Shown here piece by piece: positions 54,605-64,000 of a DNA stretch of 64,000 bases (the stretch's first letter is position 1; each line of letters opens with the position of its first letter). The DNA is taken from positions 9,008 to 73,007 of the forward strand of contig CAZQSY010000004.1 of NCBI GenBank assembly GCA_964596395.1. The letters run 5' to 3'. A model generated the notes under the pieces. That model was not told the origin of the DNA, did not search any database, and saw only the letters and a program-made list of their open reading frames with translations. A program made the translations under genes and the position numbers. Source of the stretch: an uncultured Candidatus Saccharibacteria bacterium (GTDB lineage Bacteria; Patescibacteriota; Minisyncoccia; Phycocordibacterales; UBA9973).

Positions 54605-54630
54605 CAAAACTGCCCCATTGGGCAGTTTTG
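54605..54630. terminator. Hairpin terminator caaaactgcccaattgggcagttttg after the PG-binding protein gene
   Basis: Perfect 11-bp stem with a 4-nt loop, followed by tgctatt... and a TAcAAT-like -10 for the next gene. Confidence 0.55.
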
Positions 54631-54647
54631 TGCTATTATCTACAATT

Positions 54648-55193
54648 ATGTCAAAGATTTTAATTTGGGTTTTAGCGGGGGCAATCATTTTAACAGGAGG
54701 GTATTTTACACTTAAACAGCGAGGGAGCGATACAGATGCGCCGGAAGAAACGGCTTTAGAGCCCGGAAACGGCGGCGCAGACAATCAGCCGGAACCGAAA
54801 AAAATGGCTTTTAGTGAATTCGTGAAGCAGGGTGGTTCATACAAGTGCTCTGTAAAACAATATCTTTCGGATATGGATAATCAGGGAACAGTATATGTCA
54901 GCGGAGAAAAAATGAGGGGCGACTTTAACACCGTGGCGGAGGGCAGGCCGATGGAGACCTCTTTTATTTTCAAAGACGGCTATGCTTACAATTGGTCTTC
55001 AGTTCTGCCCAACATGGGTTTTAAAATCAAGGTTGAGAAAAACGTCGAGGGTAATTCGACCGCGGATGAAAGCGGCACTTATAGTTTCGACACGACACAA
55101 ATAGGGGATTATTCTTGCGAGAGCTGGACGGTGGATGAATCAAAATTCGTTCCCCCGCAGAATGTGACATTCAACGAAGTGGGCGGGAAGTAA
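54648..55193 (+). CDS. Hypothetical membrane-anchored/secreted protein
   Basis: Start reassigned to MSKILIWVLAGAIILTGG (N-terminal TM). The upstream part of the ORF-track ORF covers the terminator hairpin. Confidence 0.45.
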   Translation: MSKILIWVLAGAIILTGGYFTLKQRGSDTDAPEETALEPGNGGADNQPEPKKMAFSEFVKQGGSYKCSVKQYLSDMDNQGTVYVSGEKMRGDFNTVAEGRPMETSFIFKDGYAYNWSSVLPNMGFKIKVEKNVEGNSTADESGTYSFDTTQIGDYSCESWTVDESKFVPPQNVTFNEVGGK

Positions 55194-55219
55194 AATTTAT
55201 ATTTCCTGTAAGACAAGAA

Positions 55220-55615
55220 ATGAAAAATACTACCGACAAATTTTCTTTTATTTTGAAACCTTCGACAATAAAAGATGCAGGGGTGGGTGTTTTCGCTTTA
55301 CACGATGTTGCCGAAAGTACACACATGGAATTGTTTTTAAAAGATTTCGAGGAGGAACTTTTAGAAAAGAACGATATACCGAAAGAATTAAGGGGTTACT
55401 GTATATATCAAGGAGGAGGAAAAGCCCTATGCCCTAAGTTTTTTAATAGAATGGATATAGGAAACTACCTGAATCATTCAGAAAATGCTAACTTAAAATG
55501 GGAAAGAGGAAAAGGATATTTCGCCAAACGGAATATAAAAGCGGGTGAAGAACTTTTTGGGAATTACCGAGAACTGGGCGAGCCCGAGGATGGAAGAAAA
55601 GATTTTTATAAATAA
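55220..55615 (+). CDS. SET-domain protein (putative lysine methyltransferase)
   Basis: GVGVFA, NHSENAN (NHSCxPN-like), KAGEELFGNY (ELxxxY) SET motifs. 131 aa. Confidence 0.6.
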   Translation: MKNTTDKFSFILKPSTIKDAGVGVFALHDVAESTHMELFLKDFEEELLEKNDIPKELRGYCIYQGGGKALCPKFFNRMDIGNYLNHSENANLKWERGKGYFAKRNIKAGEELFGNYRELGEPEDGRKDFYK

Positions 55616-55619
55616 AAAT

Positions 55620-56150
55620 ATGGGTTCAAACATTCCTGAATTTGGAATCAAAAGAAAAAACGAGGAAAGGCGCGACGGTGGATGCGCGGTGATTTTTGAC
55701 CCAAAGAGCCAGAAATACGCAGTGGGGAGGAATGAGAGAAATGGAATTCTGATACTCTTTGGTGGAGGGGTTGATGATAGAGAAAATATCAAAGAAGGAG
55801 TATTAAGGGAAGTTAGGGAAGAAAGCGGTCTTTGTGATTTTTCTTATTTTGAAAAAATATCTGAGGCTTTGTGTCATTTTTACAACACAAACAAGAAGAT
55901 AAACAGAATCGCCCATGCGACATGTTTCCTGGGAATTCTTAATAGTTTAAACTTGATGCAGACAAAATTTGAAGCACACGAAAATTTTACTTTGCATTTT
56001 TTAACGCCTGTTGAAATTTTAAAAAATTGGGATTCAAATAACCAAAATAAAGACCGTGACCACTGGATTTACTTTCTGAAAAAATCAGTTGTCAGGGCGC
56101 GGGAGCTGGGTTATGATAAGGCCCAAGGCGAACTTCGCGCTGATTTATAA
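55620..56150 (+). CDS. NUDIX hydrolase
   Basis: Nudix box GGGVDDRENIKEGVLREVREESGL. Start at MGSNIPEF (55620). Confidence 0.7.
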   Translation: MGSNIPEFGIKRKNEERRDGGCAVIFDPKSQKYAVGRNERNGILILFGGGVDDRENIKEGVLREVREESGLCDFSYFEKISEALCHFYNTNKKINRIAHATCFLGILNSLNLMQTKFEAHENFTLHFLTPVEILKNWDSNNQNKDRDHWIYFLKKSVVRARELGYDKAQGELRADL

Positions 56151-56169
56151 TTTATTTACTTAAAGGCAT

Positions 56170-56982
56170 ATGTCTAAATTCTCAAAGAAAGATTATTTGG
56201 TGGTGGGCTCGGTAGTTCTGGTAATAGTGCTCGCGCTTGCGCTTTCAGGCGTTTTCGGGAAAGGTTCTTTTTCCGAAAAGAAGAACGTCGAGGTGTTGAG
56301 CGGCGGAAAGAATTTGCAAATTACAGGCGAAGAAGTGGCTTATTTCGGCAAAAACGTGAAGGGGTATTTTGTACGACCTCATGACGACAACCCGTATCCG
56401 GGAGTTGTCTTGATACATGAAAACAGAGGCCTGCGGCCCGAAATCAAAACGGCTGCCGAACAGCTGGCGAAAGACGGGTACATGGTGCTGGCGGTTGACT
56501 TGCTCGGGAAGGTTGTAGAAACCCAAGACGAAGCGAAAGAACTCACGGCGGAATTTTCGGAGCCGATGGGCGTGGCCAATATGCGCATGGCGGTTGATTT
56601 CTTGAAAAGCCAAGGCGCGCAAAAAATAGCTTCGCTCGGATGGTGTTTCGGGGGAGCGCAATCGCTAAACTTGGCTCTCTCGGGCGAGAAACTGGATGCC
56701 ACGGTAATATATTACGGCCGCCTGAAAACATCTGAAGAAGAATTGAAGCCCATTAAATCGCCGGTGCTCGGAATTTTCGGTTCAGAAGACACGGTGGTTT
56801 CAGTAGAAAGCGTTAAGGGTTTTGAAGAAACACTCGAAAAGCTCGGTGTAGAAAATGAGATACATGTTTACGACGGGGTAGGCCACGCTTTCGCTAACCC
56901 GTCGGGCATGAATTACGCTCCGAAAGAAACAAAGGACGCTTGGGAGAAGACGCTGGCTTTTTTGGAAGCGAACCTTAAATAA
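56170..56982 (+). CDS. Dienelactone hydrolase family protein (signal-anchored)
   Basis: VLIHENRGL, nucleophile region GWCFGG, and C-terminal His (GVGHAF). Confidence 0.7.
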   Translation: MSKFSKKDYLVVGSVVLVIVLALALSGVFGKGSFSEKKNVEVLSGGKNLQITGEEVAYFGKNVKGYFVRPHDDNPYPGVVLIHENRGLRPEIKTAAEQLAKDGYMVLAVDLLGKVVETQDEAKELTAEFSEPMGVANMRMAVDFLKSQGAQKIASLGWCFGGAQSLNLALSGEKLDATVIYYGRLKTSEEELKPIKSPVLGIFGSEDTVVSVESVKGFEETLEKLGVENEIHVYDGVGHAFANPSGMNYAPKETKDAWEKTLAFLEANLK

Positions 56983-57012
56983 AATTTAAAAACTCAAGCC
57001 CCATGAAATAAA

Positions 57013-57918
57013 ATGCCCGAGAACAAGCGAGACAGATGGTATATTTTTTTGCTTGTTGTCACGGCTGCTATTTTAGGCGGAGGGGCCGGGGTTTTTGGTA
57101 AAATAGCGTTAACAGAAATCCCTCCCTTCTCTTTTACCTTTTTGAGATTCACAGCAGCTTCTCTTTTTTTGATTCCTTTCTCTAAGGGCTCCTTTCCTGT
57201 TTTCAGCAAAGAACATTCAAAGATAATTTTGTTTTCTTTACTTGCTTCGCTGAACGTTATTTTATTTGCTTTCGGCATAAAACATACAACCGCGAACACA
57301 GGACAAGTCATCTATACCGCGGTGCCGATAATCTCAGCAATTCTGTCTTTTTGGTTTCTGAAAGAAAAGTTCGGAGCAAGAAAGGTCGCGGGCGTGGCAC
57401 TTGGTTTCCTCGGAGCAATGTTTGTGGTTCTTTTGCCGTTTGTAACAAAGGGTTCCGAAGCAGGGACACTTTATGGTAATTCCATAATTTTCTTGGCTAT
57501 GCTCTCTATCTCTTTTTATTTTGTTTGGTCAAAAAAATTTCAGTCAGCATATTCCCCAATGCAAATCAATAATTATTTCATTTTTACCACGGCATTCTTA
57601 GCTCTTTTTTTATCTTTACCTGATTTTCTCAAAGAACCTTACTGGTGGCAGAATGTTTCGTTAAAATCTCTCCTGGCTCTTTTGTTTGTAGCATTTTTTA
57701 GTACGGCTTTATACTATCTCTTACATCAAATTATAGTTAAAAAATCTACTCCTGTTATGGCTTCTATGATTCTGTACATACAGCCCTTCAAGGCCTTCGT
57801 ACTCTCTTACATCTTTCTTGCTGAAAAATTAACTCCCTTGTTCTTAATTGGAGTTCTGTTGTCCTTACTAGGCGTTGGAATTTATAATTTTTCAGAAAGA
57901 GATGGCAGAGCGTTATAA
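57013..57918 (+). CDS. EamA/DMT-family transporter (10 TM)
   Basis: Two EamA repeats; 301 aa. Confidence 0.65.
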   Translation: MPENKRDRWYIFLLVVTAAILGGGAGVFGKIALTEIPPFSFTFLRFTAASLFLIPFSKGSFPVFSKEHSKIILFSLLASLNVILFAFGIKHTTANTGQVIYTAVPIISAILSFWFLKEKFGARKVAGVALGFLGAMFVVLLPFVTKGSEAGTLYGNSIIFLAMLSISFYFVWSKKFQSAYSPMQINNYFIFTTAFLALFLSLPDFLKEPYWWQNVSLKSLLALLFVAFFSTALYYLLHQIIVKKSTPVMASMILYIQPFKAFVLSYIFLAEKLTPLFLIGVLLSLLGVGIYNFSERDGRAL

Positions 57919-58351
57919 AAAGAGCAAAACCGGAGCTGACTTCTTCTCTTTCGTAGAAGAACAAAGAATGGGAAAAGAAAAACCCCGCTGGCTTTTCGGC
58001 GACCTTGATATTTTCGGGGAAAAAGATTTAGAAAAAAATAAAAATTTCTATCTTAAGTATTGGGTTTACGCCCGAGGCGACAACCCAGACCACAAGACCA
58101 AAACGCACCGAATTTCTACCGAATATACGTTTGTAATAAAGGGAAAAATAGAAGGAATGGTAGACGGAGAAGAAATAACGCTAGAGACGGGCGACTATGT
58201 GGTGATTCCTCCCGGCATTCCAAACAATTTGATGCAAAAAATACACGAAAATACGGTGGGAATTACCATAAAATCGCCGAGCGTAAAATTCGATACCGAC
58301 AATTATCATGAGGACTTTGTGTTGAAAAACAACTTGGAAAATGTGTTATAA
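57902..58351 (+). CDS. Cupin-domain protein
   Basis: Cupin_2-like core GEEITLETGDYVVIPPGIPNNL. The start (57875 vs 57902) is ambiguous. Confidence 0.5.
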   Translation: MAERYKKSKTGADFFSFVEEQRMGKEKPRWLFGDLDIFGEKDLEKNKNFYLKYWVYARGDNPDHKTKTHRISTEYTFVIKGKIEGMVDGEEITLETGDYVVIPPGIPNNLMQKIHENTVGITIKSPSVKFDTDNYHEDFVLKNNLENVL

Positions 58352-58360
58352 TAAAAACCT

Positions 58361-58819
58361 ATGCAAAAAATCAGAATAATAATCGGGCTTACGGCTATTG
58401 CCGCTTTTCTTGTTTTAAGTACCTATTTTTTAACTAAGGAGGAAAATTCAGAAAAGAGCGCCGCGCCGGAAGCAAATGTCAGCTTAAACACTGATTCGCA
58501 GAAAACGGCAACTTCGGAAACAAAAAACACAACCGGCGCGAATAAACCCGCTCCTTCTGCCACCACGAAACCTTCTACGGGACCTGCTACGTACACCAGA
58601 GCCCAAGTAGCGTCGCATGATTCAAAAGCGAGCTGCTGGTCTATTGTAAACGGAAGCGTGTATGACCTTACATCTTGGATAAGCCGGCACCCGGGCGGGG
58701 AAGAAGCGATAAGAGAAATGTGCGGCAAGGATGCTTCTGAGGACTTCAACGAACAGCATAGAGGCCAAGACGGGCCCGAGAAAGTGCTGGCTGCTTATAA
58801 AATCGGAATTCTGAAATAA
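58361..58819 (+). CDS. Membrane-anchored cytochrome b5-like heme-binding domain protein
   Basis: N-terminal TM, a Thr/Pro/Ala-rich linker, then the cyt-b5 core (CWSIVNGSVYDLTSWISRHPGGEEAIREMCGKDASEDFNEQH) with HPGG. Confidence 0.7.
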   Translation: MQKIRIIIGLTAIAAFLVLSTYFLTKEENSEKSAAPEANVSLNTDSQKTATSETKNTTGANKPAPSATTKPSTGPATYTRAQVASHDSKASCWSIVNGSVYDLTSWISRHPGGEEAIREMCGKDASEDFNEQHRGQDGPEKVLAAYKIGILK

Positions 58820-58824
58820 AAACC

Positions 58825-59250
58825 ATGAATTATTTTGAACGCATGAAGAATTTCGCCCCGTCGGTTCTACGTTTCGGGCTGGCGTTTGTTTTTCTTTGGT
58901 TCGGTTTCAGCCAGATTCAAAACCCGGGACCCTGGACCGCCTTCTTGCCCGATTTTCTTTCTGGCTTGCCGGTCAGAGAAACGCAAATTGTGCTGTTAAA
59001 CGGGGTCTTTGAAATCGTGGCTTCTGTTTTGCTGATACTTGGGGCTTACACGAATATTGTCGCGCTGTTACTTTCTCTGCACCTCTTCGGTATAGCTTTT
59101 TCAATCGGGCTGACAGCCACCGGCGTGCGCGATTTAGGACTCGCGATTTCAACACTCGCTCTTTCCATGCTGGGCGCCGGAGATTTTTCGATTGATTCAC
59201 TACTCAAGAGAGAAGCAAGCCAAAAGATGCAAGGCGTCGTAACAGAATAA
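58825..59250 (+). CDS. DoxX family membrane protein
   Basis: DoxX-like N-terminus (VLRFGLAFVFLWFGFSQIQNP), 4 TM. Confidence 0.65.
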   Translation: MNYFERMKNFAPSVLRFGLAFVFLWFGFSQIQNPGPWTAFLPDFLSGLPVRETQIVLLNGVFEIVASVLLILGAYTNIVALLLSLHLFGIAFSIGLTATGVRDLGLAISTLALSMLGAGDFSIDSLLKREASQKMQGVVTE

Positions 59251-59272
59251 GGTTTTGGCGTGCTCTGAAAAT

Positions 59273-61033
59273 TTATTTTATAAATCCGCCTGTTTGGCTG
59301 TGCCACAGACCAGCATAGACGCCTTTTTTTTCCAGAAGTTCTTCGTGCGTGCCTTGCTCTGCGATTCTTCCATTTTCAAGCACTACTATCCTGTCCATTT
59401 TTCTGATAGTAGAAAGGCGATGGGCAATTACGATAGTGGTTCTACCCTTCATTAATTCTCCGAAAGCATCTTGGATATAGTGTTCACTTACACTGTCGAG
59501 CGAACTTGTAGCTTCATCTAGAATCAAAATTGGTGAATCTTTCAACATCGCCCGCGCTATGGCTACGCGCTGACGTTCACCACCCGAAAGTTTAACGCCG
59601 CGCTCGCCGACCAATGTTTCGTAGCCGTTCGGCAGCTTGGAAATAAATTCATGGGCGTGCGCTTTTTTGGCTGCTTCCTCTACTTTTTCTTTTGTTACTT
59701 CCGGCTTACTGTAAGCTATGTTTTCTCTGATAGTTCTATGAAAAAGAATTGATTCCTGAGGGACGTAAGAAATGGCGGAACGCAAATCGTTCTGAGTCAG
59801 AGAATTTATTTTTTGCCCGTCAATCAAAATCGAGCCCTTGGTAACATCTGCGAAACGAAGCAGGAGTTTGGTAATAGTGGATTTACCCGCGCCGGAATGG
59901 CCGACCAAACCTACCCGTTCGCCCGGCTTAATAGAGAGGGAAAAATTTTCAAAAACTGCGACACCTCCCTGATAAGTGAAAGAAACATTATCAAATAAAA
60001 TTGCCCCCTCTTTTATTTTTGATTTTTCGGGTTTTGCCGGGTTAGAGATGTCTATCTCGGTGTCGAAAATATCAACGACTTCTTTCATGTCGGTCAGAGC
60101 TTTTACCGCTTTAGTTATAGACCTTCCTAGGCTCCACAAAATACTAAAGAGGGTGAAAATATATGATTGAATTAAAACAATTGTTCCGACTGATAATTTA
60201 TCCGCATACCACAGGCGAATACTTAAAAACAAAATCAAGATTTGCAAAACCCCCATTAAAAGTGCTTGTACAGTATTTTGAAAGTTTGCGAAATTCCAGG
60301 CCTTCAACCTTTTTCTTTCTTCTTCTATCGTTACCAATTCAAACTTTTCTCCTTCTCTTTTTTCAGAGGAAAATATTTTTATATTGACTATGTTTTGTAT
60401 GGTATCGGCTAAACTTGCGGTAACCGCCGAGTCAGCTTCTGCCTCGGGCAAGTCGTATTGAATTTTCTTTTTTACAAAAAAGAAAGTGATTAAAATGTAA
60501 AAAATCGACCATACGAGAAATAGAAGAGCGATTATGGGGGTCTGTGTAAAAAGCACCGCGACTATGCCGATTGTCGTGAGGAGAGAAAACCATATCTGGA
60601 AACTTAATATATCGGTAAAGGATTCGAACGATTTGACCAATCTTTTTGTTTTTGCCACTAAACTTCCGGAAAAGTTGTTCGTAAAAAAATGATAGGAGTG
60701 CTTGAGTAATCTACCCAAGGTTACATCATACAACTCTTGCATTATCTTGCTTTCAAAGTAAGTGACTGCGTAATCACCGGTTCGGTATCCTATGTTCCAA
60801 ACAACAATGCTAGAGGCGATAATTAAGGCGAGGAATAAGACACGCTCAAGTATTTCTTCTTTTAAGCCCCCGGAAACCAGCGCGTCAACAATTTCCTTGT
60901 ATAAGAAAGGTTTTAAAATATCATCCAAGAGTATTCCTACTCCGTACCCTAGGAATATCAGTGAAAAAGATAGCCAGTGTTTTTTCACATGCGGCCACAA
61001 ATAAAAAAAGATACGGGAAAAATTTGTTTCCAT
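59273..61033 (-). CDS. ABC transporter, fused permease/ATP-binding exporter (MsbA-like)
   Basis: 6-TM domain, Walker A GHSGAGKST, LSGGERQRVAIARA, ILILDEATS. Confidence 0.85.
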   Translation of the reverse strand: METNFSRIFFYLWPHVKKHWLSFSLIFLGYGVGILLDDILKPFLYKEIVDALVSGGLKEEILERVLFLALIIASSIVVWNIGYRTGDYAVTYFESKIMQELYDVTLGRLLKHSYHFFTNNFSGSLVAKTKRLVKSFESFTDILSFQIWFSLLTTIGIVAVLFTQTPIIALLFLVWSIFYILITFFFVKKKIQYDLPEAEADSAVTASLADTIQNIVNIKIFSSEKREGEKFELVTIEEERKRLKAWNFANFQNTVQALLMGVLQILILFLSIRLWYADKLSVGTIVLIQSYIFTLFSILWSLGRSITKAVKALTDMKEVVDIFDTEIDISNPAKPEKSKIKEGAILFDNVSFTYQGGVAVFENFSLSIKPGERVGLVGHSGAGKSTITKLLLRFADVTKGSILIDGQKINSLTQNDLRSAISYVPQESILFHRTIRENIAYSKPEVTKEKVEEAAKKAHAHEFISKLPNGYETLVGERGVKLSGGERQRVAIARAMLKDSPILILDEATSSLDSVSEHYIQDAFGELMKGRTTIVIAHRLSTIRKMDRIVVLENGRIAEQGTHEELLEKKGVYAGLWHSQTGGFIK

Positions 61034-61101
61034 TGAATTTCATATTACTCCACAATAAGGTTTTGGCAAATGTCTATTAGTGTGATAAAATACGTTTTCG
61101 T

Positions 61102-62517
61102 ATGCAAAAAATAAAGGATTTCGTTAAAAGAAGGAAGTACCTTCTGATAATTCTGTGTGTTACAGCAGTAATAGCTTTGCTTATATTCAAGAAAAATAAC
61201 GGAGTAGTCGAAAGCTATACGGTAACCAGGGGAGACGTGAAAGAGCAAGTCGCGCTTTCGGGGAAGGTAGAGACAAGCGCCCAAGCCGACCTTGGTTTCG
61301 CCAATTCCGGCAGAATTTCAAGAATTTACGTAAAAAACAGCCAAAATGTCTATGAAGGCCAAATTCTAGCTCAGCTTGAAATCGGCGATATTCTAGCCGA
61401 CTTGGCGATAAAAGAAGCCGGCCTGCGTACGACCAATGTTGACTTGGAAGCGGCTAGGGAAAATCTAGAAACGGTCACCGCGCAGGAAAACGCCAAAGTC
61501 GAGAACGCCTACCGAAAACTTCTGACCGAAGACCTGGCGCTTACTCCATGGTCGGGTAATTATACAGTCACGACACCTGTCGTTTCGGGCGTTTACGACG
61601 GACCGGAAGGAAGTTACAAAATAATAGTAAGAAGAAAAAGCATAACCAGCAGCGATTTTGAAGTTCGCACTTTCGGTTTGGAAGAGACCCTAGAAGACAT
61701 AGACGAGGAGAAACCGACGCCCTTGGGCGGGAGAGGTTTGTATATATCTTTTTCGGACGATTTGGACGACTACAACGACACAATTTGGGAACTTTCAATT
61801 CCTAATAAATCCGGCGCGGCTTATCTCGACAATTACAACGCGTATATTGAAGCAAAGAAAGACAGCAACCTGGCAATAAATAACGCAAAAGCCGAATACG
61901 ACAAATTACTTTCTAAAGAACAAGATAAGGGATTATCAGTAGCGCAGGCGGAAATACAAAAAATCAAAGCGGAAATAAGAAAAAGCACCATTTATGCGCC
62001 ATTTTCCGGAAAGGTGACTAATATTGAAAAAGAAATCGGGGAAAACGCCGGAGTCGGAGAAAGAATAGCGTCGGTCCTAGGAGACGGAAAGCTTGAGGCG
62101 GTATTTCAGGTATCCGAGCTCGATGTCGCTAGGATAAATCCCGGTAGCGCCGTTTCGGTAACGCTCGACGCTTTTAAAGAAGAGAAATTTGAAGGAATAC
62201 TGAAAACAATCAATTCACGAGAAACCTCGATAGACGGCGTGCCTGTGTACGAGGCCTTTGTGGAACTCTCAGCAAACGAAAAAATAAAGAGCGGCATGAA
62301 TGCAGAAGGAATCATCGTGCTTGACGAGAGGAAAGACGTGCTGACTCTACCCGCGCGCCTGATTAAAACTTCGGAAGACGGCACCGTGGTTAAAATACTT
62401 CTAGAAAACGGAGAAACGGAGGAAAGGAAAATAATCACCGGCCTCAAAGGAACGGACGGAACAATCGAGGTCGTCTCGGGTGTTTCGGTGGGCGAAAAAA
62501 TCGTGTCTCCGGAATAA
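61102..62517 (+). CDS. HlyD-family periplasmic adaptor / membrane fusion protein
   Basis: N-terminal TM, long coiled-coil, biotin-lipoyl-like and beta-barrel segments. Precedes the FtsX-type permease and ABC ATPase. Confidence 0.7.
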   Translation: MQKIKDFVKRRKYLLIILCVTAVIALLIFKKNNGVVESYTVTRGDVKEQVALSGKVETSAQADLGFANSGRISRIYVKNSQNVYEGQILAQLEIGDILADLAIKEAGLRTTNVDLEAARENLETVTAQENAKVENAYRKLLTEDLALTPWSGNYTVTTPVVSGVYDGPEGSYKIIVRRKSITSSDFEVRTFGLEETLEDIDEEKPTPLGGRGLYISFSDDLDDYNDTIWELSIPNKSGAAYLDNYNAYIEAKKDSNLAINNAKAEYDKLLSKEQDKGLSVAQAEIQKIKAEIRKSTIYAPFSGKVTNIEKEIGENAGVGERIASVLGDGKLEAVFQVSELDVARINPGSAVSVTLDAFKEEKFEGILKTINSRETSIDGVPVYEAFVELSANEKIKSGMNAEGIIVLDERKDVLTLPARLIKTSEDGTVVKILLENGETEERKIITGLKGTDGTIEVVSGVSVGEKIVSPE

Positions 62518-62519
62518 AA

Positions 62520-63770
62520 ATGATTAATTCTCTGCGAGTCGGCTGGTTTTTGGCTAAAAAACAAATCAAAGGGGGGAGCAAGGCAACCACGCTTCTCATT
62601 GTTTTTATCATGATGCTCACATTCCTAAATCTGGTGGTGGTTTCCGGAATTTTAGTGGGGACAATTCAAGGAGTAGTTAATTCGATTCAAGAAAGATATT
62701 TGGGGCAAGTATTCATCTCGACTCTCAAGAATCACAGGTATATAGAAAGAACCCGGGAACTAGCCACATTCATAAAAACCTTACCCGAAGTCGAGAATTT
62801 GTCGGTGCGATATACGACAGGAGGGGAGATTGACGCCAAATATAAAGAAATACGCAAGAATAAAGAACTGCGCGAGACGGTATCAACCTCGGTGGCGGGC
62901 ATCGTGCCGACCGAAGAAGATAAAACATCTGGACTTTCGGAAAAACTGGTGGAAGGGGAATACCTGTCGGATAATGATTACGACAAGGTGATGATGGGCG
63001 CCACTTTATTCCGCAAATACCTGGATATTGATTCTGATATTTTTGCGGTGCTGGACGAGAATGTGACAATCGGCAGCAAGGTGAAAATAAACGTGGGCGA
63101 CGTATCGAGAGAAGTAACCATTAAGGGCATATTGAGGACGAAGGTCGACGAAATAGACCGCAGAGTGTTTTTCACCGCCGGACAATTTCGGGACCTTCTC
63201 GGCAGATACGACTACAGCGCGAATGAAATTATGGTTACCGTCAAACCCGGCAAAAGCCCGGGCGTGGTAAAAAACGCCATACTGTCGGCTGGTTTTGGGG
63301 ATTACGCCAAGGTGCAAACGGCGCTCGATGCCGAACCGCAGTTCGTGAAAGACATGCGCAACACCTTCGGCATGCTGGGTAATATGATAAGTTCCATCGG
63401 CTTGGTCGTAGCGGCCATCACTGTCTTCATAGTGATTTTCATCAATGCCATAACCCGGCGCAAATTCATAGGCATAATGAAAGGCATCGGAATTTCAAAT
63501 TTTTCAATCGAGGTATCGTATATTATTCAGTCAGTTTTCTACGCGCTGTGCGGCATAATCATCGGCACCTTGCTGGTTTTTTTCCTCTTGAAGCCGTTCT
63601 TTGCCGAACACCCGATTGATTATCCTTTCGGCGACGGAATTCTGGTAGCCGAGTATTTTGGCACGTTCATTCGCGCCATAATCCTTATCGTCGCCACAAT
63701 CGTGGCTGGCTACATTCCGGCGCGAATCGTCGTGAAGCAAAACACACTAGACAGCATTTTGGGAAGATAA
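62520..63770 (+). CDS. ABC transporter permease, FtsX/MacB-type (large periplasmic domain + 4 TM)
   Basis: N-terminal TM, ~230-aa periplasmic domain, and a C-terminal FtsX-like 3-TM bundle. Confidence 0.75.
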   Translation: MINSLRVGWFLAKKQIKGGSKATTLLIVFIMMLTFLNLVVVSGILVGTIQGVVNSIQERYLGQVFISTLKNHRYIERTRELATFIKTLPEVENLSVRYTTGGEIDAKYKEIRKNKELRETVSTSVAGIVPTEEDKTSGLSEKLVEGEYLSDNDYDKVMMGATLFRKYLDIDSDIFAVLDENVTIGSKVKINVGDVSREVTIKGILRTKVDEIDRRVFFTAGQFRDLLGRYDYSANEIMVTVKPGKSPGVVKNAILSAGFGDYAKVQTALDAEPQFVKDMRNTFGMLGNMISSIGLVVAAITVFIVIFINAITRRKFIGIMKGIGISNFSIEVSYIIQSVFYALCGIIIGTLLVFFLLKPFFAEHPIDYPFGDGILVAEYFGTFIRAIILIVATIVAGYIPARIVVKQNTLDSILGR

Positions 63771-63799
63771 AATGAAAAAAATTTTCATAATACAACCTT

Positions 63800-64000
63800 A
63801 TGATTAAAATAAAAAATCTTTACAAAACATATAGAACCAAGGACATAGAAACCCGCGTATTGCGCGGTATAGACCTTGAAATAAAAGAGGGGGAATTCCT
63901 CGGAATCATGGGAAAATCCGGCGCCGGCAAATCAACGCTCATGTACCAAATGGGATTGCTCGACCATCCGACTGAAGGGGAAATAATTTTAAACGGCGTG
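63800..64000 (+). CDS. ABC transporter ATP-binding protein (MacB-type ATPase), 3'-truncated by window end
   Basis: MIKIKNLYKTYRT...GIMGKSGAGKSTLM Walker A. Continues past 64000. Confidence 0.8.
   Translation, partial: MIKIKNLYKTYRTKDIETRVLRGIDLEIKEGEFLGIMGKSGAGKSTLMYQMGLLDHPTEGEIILNGV

Noticed and set aside
54483-54647. Upstream part of ORF 54483..55193 (MTEIPWILANLPV...)
   Set aside because: It runs across the terminator hairpin at 54605-54630 and the promoter-like sequence. A signal-anchor Met (MSKILIWVLAG) with proper spacing occurs at 54648.
1-64000. CRISPR array among the many short repeats
   Set aside because: The repeat copies are palindromic, irregularly spaced (kilobases apart) and belong to several unrelated families. 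No direct-repeat/spacer periodicity and no cas genes are present.

Overview
This 64 kb window is gene-dense, low-GC (roughly mid-40s % by eye) and dominated by housekeeping genes. Gene content looks like a streamlined Patescibacteria/CPR-like genome: a class-II archaeal-type AspRS of ~437 aa, a fused TsaC-TsaE, a short Rel, and many small proteins. That taxonomic call is inference.

Genes recognised from start to end: dnaJ (3' part), an agmatinase-family enzyme, cysS, an AI-2E transporter, an ABC exporter, rplU, recR, dnaB, trpS, aspS, a riboflavin kinase, two EamA transporters, a pterin dehydratase, a YerC/TrpR-like regulator, pepN, an MFS transporter, scpA, scpB, a D-Ala-D-Ala carboxypeptidase, murF, ddl, rpmG, miaA, an HTH-MurA fusion, parB, rel, topA, dprA, serS, dus, dnaX, a t6A cluster (tsaC-tsaE fusion plus tsaD), then an accessory stretch (~45.3-59 kb) and a MacAB-like HlyD/FtsX/ABC export operon at the end.

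Four canonical tRNAs are present: Trp-CCA, Arg-CCG, Leu-CAA and Gln-TTG. There is a convincing T-box leader upstream of aspS.

The most unusual content falls into two groups. (1) Two paralogous modules each place an ~85-aa GIY-YIG (COG2827-type) ORF directly against an intact tRNA, and each is bracketed by degenerate tRNA-like fragments carrying a locus-specific hairpin insert. (2) At least five families of short palindromic elements are scattered through the window. Several copies sit in-frame inside essential genes (tsaD, dus, murF, scpA, possibly topA), resembling Rickettsia palindromic elements.

No CRISPR array, rRNA, transposase or integrase was seen.
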